NCBI GenBank assembly: GCA_000165345.1
Contig: CM000434.1
Span: forward strand, 1,216,001-1,280,000
Direction: 5' to 3'
DNA length: 64,000 nucleotides
Shown: positions 1 through 11,174 of the stretch, one piece after another
How the letters are laid out: every line of letters starts with the position of its first letter
Position numbering within the stretch: the stretch's first letter is position 1
Position numbers and translations under genes: made by a program
Notes under the pieces: generated by a model
Seen by the model: only the letters and a program-made list of their open reading frames with translations
The model's database searches: none
What the model was told of the DNA's origin: nothing

Positions 1-455
1 GTATTGTGCTCAATTCTCCATGGTTATCCCTATTCAAGTAAATTAAATTGTATAAGATTCTTACTAATGCCATTAACTGCATTTCAGGCGCCATTAAGAG
101 GCGCCATGTGTGTAATCATGTAATACCGGTATACGAGACAGGTATCAATGAATAGATATTTAAAATGATAAAAAAAAGAAAAAGAATTTAGAAATTTTTT
201 AGTTGGTGGTGGGGTAAAGTTTTACAGAAAATTAACCGTAGAAAAAATTCGAGAAATTCTTGAATTTATCAAAATTGAGATTTGGCGAATAAAGGTATAT
301 ATGGGAATTGAGGTTTTATGAATCTCTGAAATAACCTAGAATAGAGAGAAGATTTAATATAAAGCTTTAAAAGGGTTTTCTTTTCTTATCTTTGAAATTA
401 TTTGTATTTTTTTTAAAATAATTTTTATTAAATTTCAAGACATTTGGTATTTACT

Positions 456-1865
456 ATGGTTGTGAGAATACTTTACTTCTTGATTATATGTATCTGGAAT
501 GTGAATATTGGATTTGGTCATAATGATGACCCTGCATCTGCAGCTCATCCTTCTCATGATAGTATTAAACAACAAAAAGTTGACAGAATAGTTATGATGA
601 GACATTCATTTGAATCTCCTTTAACTCTCGATACAACTCTTTCTGAATGGGATTTAGCTATGGCGACAATTCCTGTTAGAAAAAGCGTGGTATTAGTTCC
701 TGGTGTTAAGAACCGAACTGGTCAATTTTGGAATAAATCTCCACTCAATACTTCTCATTTTGAAATCACTTTCACTTTTGAAGTTGTTGGTACTCCAAAT
801 AGTTCACAAGAAGGAGAGGGCTTTGCTTTTTGGTTTGTAAGCGAAGCTTATGGATCAATTTATCCAAAATCAAATGAAGATCTTGAATTATGGAATCTTT
901 TAGGTTACAAAAACGCCCCAAAAGGTTTGGGAGTTATGTTTTCCTTCCTAGATCGTAATAACAAAAAGAATCCTTCTATCTCACTTCTTCTTTCAGATGG
1001 AGAGAAAACATTTTCTTCACATACTGATATCCCTACACATCTGGGAGTATATTACAACTTTATAAATTCAGAAGGTCCTACAACATTCAAACTTTATGTT
1101 TCTCCAGAAACAGGAATTATTGGTCAAATAAGAACTTCTCCGACTTCAAAGTGGATTGATTGCTTTAAATCAGATGCAAAATCAATTCCCTCTTCTATCA
1201 AGAATGGTGGTTTTATTGGTTTTTCTTCATATACTGGTCCTGAAGTTCCAAATCAACCAAAAGTTGCTGATCGAATTTCCATAATTTCTTTGAATGTTTA
1301 CAATTTGGACCTAACTAGAGCTGGAGAAGAGATTCCAGATTCACTTAAACATGATTCCAATACTGAACAAGTTGAAGTCACTGACTTGTTGAGAGATACT
1401 CACGTACATGGGGACAAAGATGTTGCTGAAGCTCTCAAAGCATTTTCACAAATTCTATACAAACATATTACAGAAGCAACTCCAAGAGAACAAGCAATTC
1501 ATAGAACTTTGAATTCACTACTTTCTCAGGTCCAAAAACTTACTACTGAGATTAAGGAGGTGCAACGCATTCTTTCAATTAATTCAGGAACAAACCACAG
1601 TGAGACCTTAAACACTGTCCAAACAGAAATTGTTGGACTTAAGACATTATTTGATAGACATTCAAAATATCAAACTAATACACTTATTGGGTTGGAAGAT
1701 ACCTTAAAGAATAAAGAGGATGTAGCATCCCAAGTACATAAAGCAATTAAAAGCCAGTCTTCTACGACTTCCATTGTATCTATTGCATTAATTATCATTA
1801 TCGTAGTTTTTGGACTGGTTGTATGGAAGAAAGTTAAGGATATTGAGAAGAAACATCTCTTATAA
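456..1865 (+). CDS. L-type (legume-like) lectin cargo receptor of the ERGIC-53/VIP36 family. It has an N-terminal signal peptide, a lectin domain, a coiled coil, a C-terminal TM and a KKxx-like tail (KKHLL).
   Basis: The ORF track starts at a TTG (444); the first in-frame ATG is 456, giving MVVRILYFLIICIW, a signal peptide. Lectin-domain blocks align with ERGIC-53: FEITFTFEVVG...GEGFAFWF against WEVEVTFRV...ADGLAIWY; GLGVMFSFLDRNNKKNPSISLL against GVGIFFDSFDNDGKKNNPAIVI; GFIGFSSYTG against GHFGISAATG. C-terminal TM is IVSIALIIIIVVFGLVVW, followed by KKVKDIEKKHLL. Confidence 0.65.
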   Translation: MVVRILYFLIICIWNVNIGFGHNDDPASAAHPSHDSIKQQKVDRIVMMRHSFESPLTLDTTLSEWDLAMATIPVRKSVVLVPGVKNRTGQFWNKSPLNTSHFEITFTFEVVGTPNSSQEGEGFAFWFVSEAYGSIYPKSNEDLELWNLLGYKNAPKGLGVMFSFLDRNNKKNPSISLLLSDGEKTFSSHTDIPTHLGVYYNFINSEGPTTFKLYVSPETGIIGQIRTSPTSKWIDCFKSDAKSIPSSIKNGGFIGFSSYTGPEVPNQPKVADRISIISLNVYNLDLTRAGEEIPDSLKHDSNTEQVEVTDLLRDTHVHGDKDVAEALKAFSQILYKHITEATPREQAIHRTLNSLLSQVQKLTTEIKEVQRILSINSGTNHSETLNTVQTEIVGLKTLFDRHSKYQTNTLIGLEDTLKNKEDVASQVHKAIKSQSSTTSIVSIALIIIIVVFGLVVWKKVKDIEKKHLL

Positions 1866-1954
1866 TTATAAAGCTATTCTTAAAGAGTATTTCATTATAG
1901 TTTATATTTCAGATTTTTTCCTGATTTTAATATATCTTTTTTGAGTTTAATCTT

Positions 1955-3334
1955 TTATTCATTAATCTCAGAATGGGATTCAGATTCTTCATGTTTACAT
2001 TTTATACCCAAACTTGATAACTTGTTTATTAGTGTAGTGAAAAAGTTTGGATCTGGAAATCCGTGTAAAGCTGGCCCTCCACAAGTTGAAATCTTATGTG
2101 GAATATTGCCCCATTGAACAATTTCCATAGATGATCCTGTTGAAGGATTAGTAATACTGTTCACTTTGAATGTATGGCCAAGTTGGAAAGCTTTAGCAAG
2201 TCCATCAAGCATTATGAGACCTTTTTTATTAAATGGTAAATATGCAATTTTGTATGTTCCTGTATATAACTTATTTGGACTTGGATGTCTCTGATTTTGG
2301 ATACCACTTGGAATAAAATATTCAATTTCAATCACATTTGTATTAGGATAACTTTCTATCTCAATATTTCCAGATTTATAAACAATATATCTCATTTTCC
2401 CAGGAGGTGAATTTCCTCTTCCAAAGCATTGTGGAGTCATACAAAGTGGGCATAACAAAGCTGTTTTGTTATTCAGATGACTTATCATATCATTTAAACA
2501 CTCTGAATGGAAAACATGCGAACATTTATTCAGCTTGACTAAATCCCTATTCAGAGCATCCAAACATAAACAACAATCATCATCCACTTGTGCTTGTTCT
2601 AGTAACTTGGATACAGTAAAGTCAATTTCTTGCTTAGTGAATGCATTAGAGTATCCTTCACAATTAAATTCTCCAGTCTCAACAATTATTGAAAGTGCAT
2701 CTTGGATTTGAGGTTTACTAGTATCAGTAAATTCCCATTCCAAATTAAAATCATTTTCCTTATCTGAATCTTGAGAATTGTCAGTAACTTCGTATTCTAC
2801 CTTCTTTAAATATCTTCTATAAATCTTTCTTTCTTTTCCAGTAATTCTATTCACTTGAACACATTCTATTGGGTAGATATCATACTGGTTCCAAACAACG
2901 CACTCTCCAGATTTTGGTCTTTTAACCAATTCATTATTAATAGCTGGTTGTAGGGCGTCAGAACCTTTGCATGATTTCTGACAATTATTATGACTATGAT
3001 GACTATTCTCATCATTTTGCGATTCTTTATAAAGGTTCCATTGAATATGCAGATAAAATCTCTCAATTTGAGCAGATACATTTGGTTGGTAAAGGTTTAA
3101 CTGATCATCATTATCTGTCCAGAACCATACAGCTGAAGAAATATCTCTACTTATCCTTCTGTGACGTTGAGTAATGAAGTTAAATTGGTAAAAGTGCCGG
3201 AGATTAAGTAGAAATGGTATTCCTCCAACATTGATGATTATGTTAACTTCTTTTTTTCTCCATGATTTCTCAATAACAGCAGAGTTTTCCAAAGAATAAT
3301 AAACCCATCCTTCATCTGACCACCAACGCCACAT
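1955..3334 (-). CDS. Deltex-like E3 ubiquitin ligase with WWE-WWE-RING-DTC domain order.
   Basis: ATG start. Two WWE-like segments (WRWWSDEGWVYY...; VWFWTDNDDQLNLY...). RING-H2 at CCLCLDAL...CSHVFHSECL...CPLC. C-terminal Deltex (DTC) domain signature HGFPDPNFF plus IVYKSGN. Confidence 0.6.
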   Translation of the reverse strand: MWRWWSDEGWVYYSLENSAVIEKSWRKKEVNIIINVGGIPFLLNLRHFYQFNFITQRHRRISRDISSAVWFWTDNDDQLNLYQPNVSAQIERFYLHIQWNLYKESQNDENSHHSHNNCQKSCKGSDALQPAINNELVKRPKSGECVVWNQYDIYPIECVQVNRITGKERKIYRRYLKKVEYEVTDNSQDSDKENDFNLEWEFTDTSKPQIQDALSIIVETGEFNCEGYSNAFTKQEIDFTVSKLLEQAQVDDDCCLCLDALNRDLVKLNKCSHVFHSECLNDMISHLNNKTALLCPLCMTPQCFGRGNSPPGKMRYIVYKSGNIEIESYPNTNVIEIEYFIPSGIQNQRHPSPNKLYTGTYKIAYLPFNKKGLIMLDGLAKAFQLGHTFKVNSITNPSTGSSMEIVQWGNIPHKISTCGGPALHGFPDPNFFTTLINKLSSLGIKCKHEESESHSEINE

Positions 3335-3825
3335 CCTTGATAAAGTTCATGCGATTTCCACCTCTGAGATATTCTTGATTAATTAGCTATTCTGCTAATT
3401 TTTTTAAGAAAATGTAAGATAATCTTTTCTCACATTCCAGCATAAATATGTGGGATTTTTCTTTGTAAATTCTATAAAAAGACTCTCCACAAACGACTTT
3501 TACTCTTAAAATAAGAAAAAGAAAAACCTCACTAATAGTCCATTTTTTACATTTGAGAAATTTTCCACACTATTTTTGCTGACATTTTTACATTTTAAAA
3601 TGTTTACAAATTTACTTCTTCAAACGTTTTCAAAGAAAAAACAATATGATTTGGTCTTTTAGAAACTTATGCAGGAGTTTATTCTTATTTTATCACTTCA
3701 AAAATTCCCATAAATCTCCAAATTACACAAATTTTCTCTCATTTTTACATCTTCACCTTTTTGACTGTTTTGCAAATTAAACTCCCCACACTGTATGACT
3801 ATTATTGGGCGCCTAAAACACTTGC

Positions 3826-3850
3826 AAAGTGGTTGCATGCATGCATGCAA
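3826..3850. promoter_or_regulatory. GCATGC tandem motif (ttgcatgcatgcatgcaaag) in the divergent promoter between the Deltex-like gene and the 4015 gene.
   Basis: Read directly from the sequence. It lies in the 680-bp spacer between two divergently transcribed genes. The same motif class recurs upstream of other genes in this window. Confidence 0.3.
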
Positions 3851-4014
3851 AGTTTGTAAATTGTCAATTACGTGGAGGCATAGCAAAAAAGTAGTGTAAA
3901 TATATTGAAAAGGTATCACAAAAAAAGATTTTTTTGTAAAGATTGTAGTAATCTTAATTTATTATTTTTTTTTAAATAAAGTTTGTTTAGGACCATTATT
4001 TAAAGAAAGTTAGT

Positions 4015-5046
4015 ATGGCAAGTATGAGCAGACATTACAACAATATATCAGAACTTCCATATATTGATTTAGATAGAATTGAAGAGTTGAGAAGACAGAA
4101 TGATAGATGCTGCTGCAATTCCAGAGGGGAGAAGTTATACCAAAGAAATTGCATGGATTATCAATACTCGAAAAGAGAAGGTTGTATAAGAGAAAGGAGA
4201 GGATATTGTGATTTTGAGTTGGATGAACTTAGAGAAGATGATGGATGTATTCATGGAATAAGATTCTATAAAGACTCGAATTTGGATCAAAATTACGATT
4301 TGGGATTTGAAAAAAATTGTAATAGACTTCCAATCTTACACTCAAATTGTAAATTAAGAACAATGAACGATAGTAACTACTATTCTAACAATGGTAATAA
4401 TTGCATATATTGCAATGCTAGTCTAGAAAGAACTTCAAATACCAGAGAACGGGATTTTTTTAATGGACAGGATAGAAGAGTGCATTCTTATAGTAAACAG
4501 TGTTTATCAGAAGATTCAGATACTAATGATTACAAAGATATAGGACAAGAATATAATTCAGATTATGAATATAGAAGAGGCCAAAACGTCTCAAGAAACA
4601 ACTGTGAAAGACAGTTTTCAGATGAGTATTCAGATTTATCAGAGGATATGGAAGTGGTTATCAAAAGAAATAATAGAAATGTAATATCTCTAGCATTAAA
4701 TTGGATCAGTCTTTCAGGAGAACACAATAAAAAAATTAGAAAGTTTGTAATGGATTCAATGAACTCTATTGAGTTAAAAGATTTAAATCACTTTATAATT
4801 TTATTCCAGTACGATGATCATAAAGGTATACGCGGACTTTACTCATTTTTCCAGAAAGAAAACAATTGGCAATGTGTAGTTGAAATTGTACCAAATTGTC
4901 CAAAAGTTATACGCAAAGAAATGGTGCATACATTGTATAAGTTTGACACTAGTCAGAAACTATTCAAGCCTATAAATAGATCAAAAAAGATTACAGATAT
5001 TGTTGATGGATTAAGTATAAAGAATGAATATTTAAGTACTCAATAA
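4015..5046 (+). CDS. Hypothetical protein with a Cys-rich N-terminal half and a structured C-terminal domain. No family recognised.
   Basis: ATG start. 343-aa stop-free ORF in AT-rich DNA, with codon usage like its neighbours. It is convergent with the next gene; the two stops are 6 bp apart. Confidence 0.5.
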   Translation: MASMSRHYNNISELPYIDLDRIEELRRQNDRCCCNSRGEKLYQRNCMDYQYSKREGCIRERRGYCDFELDELREDDGCIHGIRFYKDSNLDQNYDLGFEKNCNRLPILHSNCKLRTMNDSNYYSNNGNNCIYCNASLERTSNTRERDFFNGQDRRVHSYSKQCLSEDSDTNDYKDIGQEYNSDYEYRRGQNVSRNNCERQFSDEYSDLSEDMEVVIKRNNRNVISLALNWISLSGEHNKKIRKFVMDSMNSIELKDLNHFIILFQYDDHKGIRGLYSFFQKENNWQCVVEIVPNCPKVIRKEMVHTLYKFDTSQKLFKPINRSKKITDIVDGLSIKNEYLSTQ

Positions 5047-5052
5047 TAAAGG

Positions 5053-7530
5053 CTAAACCATTAGCTTTAATTCCGACATTTGACTTTGGAACAAGTTATA
5101 GTTGGCCTGGACTCCTACAGTTCCTACAAGTCTTTCAGGATGCAATGCAGGAAGGCCAAGAATTTGTTCAATACTTGGAATTTGATCAATATTTGGATTC
5201 AACATGGCATTCAAAAGTTCCTTCACATGACTAGATAACTTTAAGTATAGGTTATCATTTTTTGATTCAAAGCTATAATATTCTCCAGTTAAGCAAAAGT
5301 ATAAAAGAACACCAATCATATAAATATGTATTTTTTCAAAAATGTCACAAAAGCGTCCAATGTCCATTAGTTTATTCTTAAGGAGCTTAATGTTATCTAT
5401 ATTAAATATATAACCGTCAGAATTAATGGTATCTTTAATAATTGGAGGAAAATAATTAACAATATCATCATTTTTTTGGCCTTGAGTAAAGCTACTACAT
5501 CGCATCAAGTTTGTTGGATATTTCTTCTTAAAAACAATATCGTCTTGTAGTGAGTCAACCTTCGAGTCTAAATCAATTAGATCCAATGGCCCTAATAATA
5601 AACAACTCTCTTCTTTTCTAATGTATACTCTACTTGCTTTTATTGGGAAAATAAAACTTTTCATTTTTTGTTTACCATTATCTTCTTTGAAGGAGGAGAA
5701 CAAAAAGAAAAGCCTTAGAAGAGACCTAATATACATTAAAGACGTGGACTCTCCAAGAACTCCATTTAAATTTATATATGAAAGGATATCATAGCATTCC
5801 ATATGAGGATAAATCTCAACAATTGTAGAGTTTAAAGACAAAGGAGTATACCATTCAAATATTCCAGAGCATAATACAATATCAGAGACTCCTTGATTCA
5901 TTTGCCTGTTCCTAATACTTTTCGAGTTTAACAAAGAATGGACATTACAATTTTGTTTGAGAAACGAAATAATTTCTAAAGGAACTTCTTTTTCTTTCAT
6001 TTGGCTAATTTGTGAGTTGAAGGCATTCTTAATAATTCTCAATCTTTCAAATGATTCTTGCATCACTACTTTCAACTTGTGAGTATTGGAGGAAATGGAT
6101 ACATTAGAAGAGAACATTGATTCCCTCTGGATTTCATTCTTTGCTGAAAAATCCAGTCTATATAGCTTCAGTACACAGGGAACTAGTTCAGTAAAGTCAA
6201 AAGCTGTCCAGCAGATACTCCTTCTTCCAATACCAATGGGATTTAGGAACATGTGGCGATTATTCACAGTAGAAGGAAAGTTCGAAAGAGGCGAAGATTC
6301 CAAAAGCTTTAGAATATTTGATAATTTAATCAGTAAATTCCTTTTTGTCTTTAAGGCTGACTCCTTTTCTTGAAGTTTATCACTAAGATACCTGGAAAGA
6401 ACTGACCTACAATGCAGACTAAGCTCACTATCGTCGTTAATCATCTTGTTTTCAAGATTCCGATAATTACTATATGATTCATCATCCTCAAAACCCATTT
6501 CATTAAAAGATGAAGAAAAGATGGAGTTATTATCTTGGCTATTCAAATGACTCCGTATTAACTTCCCTTGTAATTCTGCTATTTTATGATGCTGATTTAC
6601 CAAGTCCATTGCATCTGCTCCCATATACCAAGAAGTATTCTTAATATGAACAATCTCCTTATCTTGGCTCATTCCAACATCATCCATAGTTTGGATATCC
6701 GAAAATTTGTCTAATCTCGGAAATCCTACTTGAGAAGTCAAATAATTAATGCAAATGTGCAAAAGTTTTCTTTCTGAGATCGTTAGTTGTCTAAGTCTTG
6801 GTTTAAGAAGGCGAATACCTCTCTCAAGCTCATTTTCTATTGAAAGTTGAAGTTCAATATTAATCTTCATCTCTTGTTCAAGACAATCTATTTGGTTCAT
6901 ACAATCTTGCCAATTTTCCATGAAAGCATTAAAATCTTCTTCATTTACCTGCTCAATCAACTCCTGAGATAACTCTACTGTTTCATAAAGCTTCGATGAA
7001 GCTGGCTGGGTATTTGCAAAGAATATTGGACTCTCAAAGTTGTCAGTTAATCCAATAGGACAAGATCCTGTTGCATTTGGTTCAGAAAACCGTCTTTCAA
7101 ACATTTCAAACTTTTCTGGATTAATCTTTGACCAAAGCATTCCTCTTAAACCTCTGAAATCAATTGGATCTGGGGCTTCACCCCTTTGGCTATCTAATTC
7201 ACCATTATTCATTTCAGAATCTTCTCCTAGACTGTCTTTTGATTGGAACTCTTGGCTTGCAGGACAAGCAACAATATCACCACATCGACACATTCCATTT
7301 TCAAAGTCATTACAGCATTCTCCTTTCAATTTCTTATGACTAATGGCTTCGAGAACTCTTGGCTCTCTAAAATTCTGTGGATAAATTAAAACACCAGGAA
7401 CTGGTCTATAACCCGTTCTTTTGGGGGCATTTCTAAGAAACAGCTTTCTTATATCTAACTGGTTGGATCTTTTTAGTTCATCTCCCAAACCAGAATCCTT
7501 ATTTTTTCTGGATCGCTTTCTTTTGCTCAT
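5053..7530 (-). CDS. Hypothetical 825-aa protein with a basic, Cys-containing N-terminus, a central coiled coil and a degenerate protein-kinase-like (pseudokinase) C-terminal domain.
   Basis: ATG start. The C-terminal part has kinase subdomain IX-like DIGRFCDIFEKIHIYMIGVLLYFCLTGEYYSF (compare DIWSLGVILYELLTG.PPF) and a subdomain-XI-like tail, but no HRD or DFG. The coiled coil is enriched in E, L and Q heptads. Confidence 0.5.
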   Translation of the reverse strand: MSKRKRSRKNKDSGLGDELKRSNQLDIRKLFLRNAPKRTGYRPVPGVLIYPQNFREPRVLEAISHKKLKGECCNDFENGMCRCGDIVACPASQEFQSKDSLGEDSEMNNGELDSQRGEAPDPIDFRGLRGMLWSKINPEKFEMFERRFSEPNATGSCPIGLTDNFESPIFFANTQPASSKLYETVELSQELIEQVNEEDFNAFMENWQDCMNQIDCLEQEMKINIELQLSIENELERGIRLLKPRLRQLTISERKLLHICINYLTSQVGFPRLDKFSDIQTMDDVGMSQDKEIVHIKNTSWYMGADAMDLVNQHHKIAELQGKLIRSHLNSQDNNSIFSSSFNEMGFEDDESYSNYRNLENKMINDDSELSLHCRSVLSRYLSDKLQEKESALKTKRNLLIKLSNILKLLESSPLSNFPSTVNNRHMFLNPIGIGRRSICWTAFDFTELVPCVLKLYRLDFSAKNEIQRESMFSSNVSISSNTHKLKVVMQESFERLRIIKNAFNSQISQMKEKEVPLEIISFLKQNCNVHSLLNSKSIRNRQMNQGVSDIVLCSGIFEWYTPLSLNSTIVEIYPHMECYDILSYINLNGVLGESTSLMYIRSLLRLFFLFSSFKEDNGKQKMKSFIFPIKASRVYIRKEESCLLLGPLDLIDLDSKVDSLQDDIVFKKKYPTNLMRCSSFTQGQKNDDIVNYFPPIIKDTINSDGYIFNIDNIKLLKNKLMDIGRFCDIFEKIHIYMIGVLLYFCLTGEYYSFESKNDNLYLKLSSHVKELLNAMLNPNIDQIPSIEQILGLPALHPERLVGTVGVQANYNLFQSQMSELKLMV

Positions 7531-7831
7531 ATATTCAATATTTTAATATAATTAATCCTATTTATTCTTCGGTTTAACTTAAATATACCCCACTATACAT
7601 ATTATTTCTCAATTTATACTCTTTCAAATTTACCTCGAGAAATCAAAATGGATCAAATTGCTCAATTCAAAAATTAAATTCGTCAAAGCTGGCAAATAAT
7701 CATCTTCTGTTTTCGAAATCTTAAAATATAAATTTCTAAACCCCTCTCACAATTAAAAAAAAGAACAAAAAAATTATAAAAGCTTTCCGGTACCCAAAGT
7801 CCGGTATATAAAGAGAAAAAAATGTAACACA

Positions 7832-7848
7832 CTTTGGCGGTAAAGTGT
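7832..7848. promoter_or_regulatory. E2F-like half site (ctttggcggtaaa) about 300 bp upstream of the 5053..7530 gene.
   Basis: TTTGGCGG resembles the E2F core. It is in the intergenic region, preceded by a 19-nt poly(A) at about 7922. Confidence 0.2.
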
Positions 7849-8122
7849 GGGGAAACGCTATTAAAAACAATATTAATAAAATGCAAAGGGAGAAAAAACA
7901 ATATAAACTGGTAATATTATTAAAAAAAAAAAAAAAAAATGATTATAAACTTAAAATATGTAAATCCTAACCTTATGACAATATTTGAACTACTTTAGGT
8001 AACTTATCATTAATAGATGATACTTATATTTTCAACCATTGTAAATTCCTGATAGCTTTAACTTGTTTTAAAGAGCATAATATTGTTATTCATATTATTA
8101 TTTTGTAAATTTTATTCTGTTC

Positions 8123-10330
8123 TCATTTTGAAGAGATCTCTACCTTAAGTCTGGAGTTTTCCAGAGTGCAATGTGAAGGGATAAGTTGATTTGAATTTAG
8201 TACGTAGTTTGCAGCAATTTGGTTGACTATCACACTATTTAGTAGGAATTCTGCTCCAAATTCCCTATTACAAAACCAAGTAACTTTAATTGGACCATTA
8301 TATGAAGTTTCATCATGATCAGATTCTCCTAAATGTATCAGTTGAAGAGTGATTTGTGCTTGGAAGATGCCATCTTTAACTTGGAATTCAAGAATTTTTG
8401 GTAGGAAACTAAACATTTCCAGCTCAATTTTGGATTGATCAATATTCTTAAATTCTGTATGTTGGCCAGTAAAGAAGGACCAACTAGACAGTATTTGGAT
8501 GTCTTTTGCATTGATTAAGCCTTTCTGACTATTTAGAAGTGATGATTTTGAGAAATCATCGAATAATAATTCAAGATTGATTGGGACTTCTAAATTGTCT
8601 GTATATGGTGATATAGTAATAGTACTATGTGGAATTCCATCATTCATATTATTTACATTATTTGAGGAACCTTCTAAGCTTTGATTAACTCCTGGAATAA
8701 TAGTTTCCCTTTCTGGAGGAGGTATTGCTTCTGGAAAATGAGAAATTGAAGATCCAGATTGATGCATGATTCCAATATTTTGATCTAAAGAAGTAATAGT
8801 AAATTGCCCTCCATCATTAAGTAACCCTTTAATACTTAGAGCTTCCATCTTTGGAGTCTCATTATTGCTAATTAAATACCCATAGAAGGTTGTTCTTAGT
8901 TTTCCTCTAATTTGAACCATTAGTTGAGGTGTAATAACCAGAGATTCAACAGAAATGCTTGGCATAGGGATTTGTCTTAAAGGAGGTGGTGGCAGTACTG
9001 CCAAATTTAAATTAGTTTTTGCTGATCTAATTGCAGAATCCATTAATGGAGAAGAACTTCCTACTCCATGCAAATCTAGATCAAAACTCTTGATAGGTAT
9101 GTGATGGCTTGTATTTTCTCCAAAATCTAATGATGGCCTTAAACTCTTTAAAATTACTTCATCCTTAATAAGATTATGCATATTTAAAGTACCTTTAAGG
9201 CTCATTTCAGACTTTCTTCCTATTAATATATCCGAATCATCAATTTTTACGATACCAAGATAGTTATTTCGGTGAAATACTCCCAAGAAGATTTTTCCTA
9301 AATTATTTACAAAGATTCTTCCTCTATAATCATAATTAACCTTGGAATTAAATATAATATTGGAATTGTGACCAACTTCTCTATCAAAAGATATATCAGA
9401 AAGTTGTACATTTGTAATAAGCTCTTTTAATGGCATTGAAATTGTGAATTTTTTTGACATGATTTGGTTTTCATCATTATTTTGTATTCCTGGAACAACC
9501 ATTTGAGTCTTTACCATTACATCTGTAAATCCTTTTGTAATAATATCATGTATTATTCCACTAATACCTACCATATGTGTAGCATTTGAACTTGCATGAA
9601 TCATTACATTCAATTTATCAGATTGAAAAATATCTAAAGAATGAGGACTACTTATTCTCGCAATTGGAATAGAATTCCATTCAACTTTTGCATTTTCTAA
9701 TGGTAAAACCACCTTTGCATTTCTAATTTGTAAACCTTCTTTTGGTGGTGCATTAATATTGACCATTAAAGATGTTTCCAATTTCTCTTGTCCATGATCT
9801 GTTCCAAAATCCACAAATATATCTTCTACATTAAATTCTAAATCTTTAAGTAAAGTTTCATTCCACCCTTGGCTTTTTCCCAAATAAAAGAAAGCTCCTA
9901 GTATTCCAATAATAAAGATAAATCCAATTAGTATTGTGAATACTACATAAAACAACCTATTGGAAGTAAATATTGGTCTCCTTTCATAATTATTGGATTC
10001 TATGTTTTCATTTGGATGACTTTTGTAATAAGCATCACTTTCTTTCATCTCTTCACCTTGTATTCCACATGTATTGTTTCCATGTGTTTGCGGAGTTTTA
10101 ATATCTACAATACTATTTGGGGATCCAATAATGGTGCTGGGACTAAACTCTTCATCTAGATATAGTTCACTTGCTGGAGATTGAATTCTTAGAGAAATTA
10201 CATCTCTATTCTCTTCCCATGATCTTGCATCAAAGTATCTTGCTGATGGATGAGAAACTGTTGAAATAGATGGAGTTCTTACTGTATTAATTACATCCTT
10301 ATTTTCTTCGGCATTATTATTGGCTTCCAT
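8123..10330 (-). CDS. Hypothetical single-pass membrane protein of 735 aa, with one TM about 130 aa in and a large C-terminal domain.
   Basis: ATG start. TM is FYVVFTILIGFIFIIGILGAFFYLG. Long stop-free ORF. The architecture (cytosolic N-terminus, one TM, large domain) is shared with the adjacent divergent gene at 11175. Confidence 0.55.
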   Translation of the reverse strand: MEANNNAEENKDVINTVRTPSISTVSHPSARYFDARSWEENRDVISLRIQSPASELYLDEEFSPSTIIGSPNSIVDIKTPQTHGNNTCGIQGEEMKESDAYYKSHPNENIESNNYERRPIFTSNRLFYVVFTILIGFIFIIGILGAFFYLGKSQGWNETLLKDLEFNVEDIFVDFGTDHGQEKLETSLMVNINAPPKEGLQIRNAKVVLPLENAKVEWNSIPIARISSPHSLDIFQSDKLNVMIHASSNATHMVGISGIIHDIITKGFTDVMVKTQMVVPGIQNNDENQIMSKKFTISMPLKELITNVQLSDISFDREVGHNSNIIFNSKVNYDYRGRIFVNNLGKIFLGVFHRNNYLGIVKIDDSDILIGRKSEMSLKGTLNMHNLIKDEVILKSLRPSLDFGENTSHHIPIKSFDLDLHGVGSSSPLMDSAIRSAKTNLNLAVLPPPPLRQIPMPSISVESLVITPQLMVQIRGKLRTTFYGYLISNNETPKMEALSIKGLLNDGGQFTITSLDQNIGIMHQSGSSISHFPEAIPPPERETIIPGVNQSLEGSSNNVNNMNDGIPHSTITISPYTDNLEVPINLELLFDDFSKSSLLNSQKGLINAKDIQILSSWSFFTGQHTEFKNIDQSKIELEMFSFLPKILEFQVKDGIFQAQITLQLIHLGESDHDETSYNGPIKVTWFCNREFGAEFLLNSVIVNQIAANYVLNSNQLIPSHCTLENSRLKVEISSK

Positions 10331-10924
10331 ATTTATTATTCCTCTTTATTTTTCTAACTTTCTTATTTACCCAGTATGACACAAGAAAAATGGTCAATTC
10401 TCAAATACTAACAAAGTTAATTCAGATAATTATATTCAGTTTTCTGCATGGATTAATTCGAATATTTTAATCTAAAAAAAAACTTCTTTTTATCTCCTGA
10501 ATGTACTGATATGCCCCCTTTTATTTCTGTTATCTTAATATTTTGGCCTTACAAATTTTTGCAAATTTCTCTCTTGGGTTGCACATTTTGCTCCAATTTT
10601 GGAAAAAATTGTATTCTGACTTCATTTATAACTTTTTATTGATGATGCATTTTATAAAAACTTCATAAACCGCTATAGTATAATGCATATTCCAAATTTC
10701 CGCCTTTCCTCATGCTCTAAGCTGACATTTTGGTCAGTTTCCTCTTGATTATTATATTGTCCACATGAAAAAAATGTGAAAATTTTAAAAAATGGCGAAT
10801 AAAACAGAACAATAATAGCTGTAATGAATGAGTGAGTTAGAATGATTATAGCGTGTCAATTTCAAGTTTGATTAGTTTTTAGAATTTCCCCCCACACAAA
10901 AACTCCAGAAAATCTCCACGTCAT

Positions 10925-10970
10925 TGCCGGCATGCATGCGTTTGAATGAATGCATGAATGCATGCACTCA
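10925..10970. promoter_or_regulatory. Cluster of GCATGC/GCATGA motifs (ccggcatgcatgcgtttgaatgaatgcatgaatgcatgcac) in the divergent promoter, plus an E2F-like tttccgcc at about 10693.
   Basis: Read directly. It sits between the divergently oriented starts at 10330 and 11175. Confidence 0.3.
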
Positions 10971-11174
10971 GAATCGTTTTTTAAATAAAAAAAAATAAAT
11001 AAAAAAGTAGAAAGGATTGAAAAGCAAAAAGACAAAAAATAAGGAAAACTTCGAAAAAAAGAAGTTTGTTGGGATTTCTTCAAAGTCATTAACTTACAAT
11101 TTAGAAGAGTCAGTATTGAAAAAATAGACATTGAAAAAAGTACTAGGAAATTGAATAATATGATTATGTAAATT

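Noticed and set aside
2866-3174. Small ORFs overlapping the Deltex-like gene (2866..3081 minus, 2971..3174 plus), and similar small ORFs inside large genes: 6086..6373, 7040..7339, 21502..21960, 21767..22195, 22596..22980, 24297..24638, 25800..26114, 28146..28409, 28692..28982, 30211..30492, 31093..31388, 33722..34223, 44647..45209, 49306..49554, 50371..50757, 54564..54809 and 56038..56331
   Set aside because: They lie antisense to, or in another frame within, long well-supported CDSs. They are short, have low-complexity compositions, and show no independent signals.
10862-11131. An 89-aa ORF in the divergent promoter at 10.3-11.2 kb; also 3698..3919, 7683..7901, 20101..20322 and 29593..29856
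   Set aside because: They sit in AT-rich promoter spacers that contain the regulatory motifs. The sequences are low-complexity and nothing supports them as genes.
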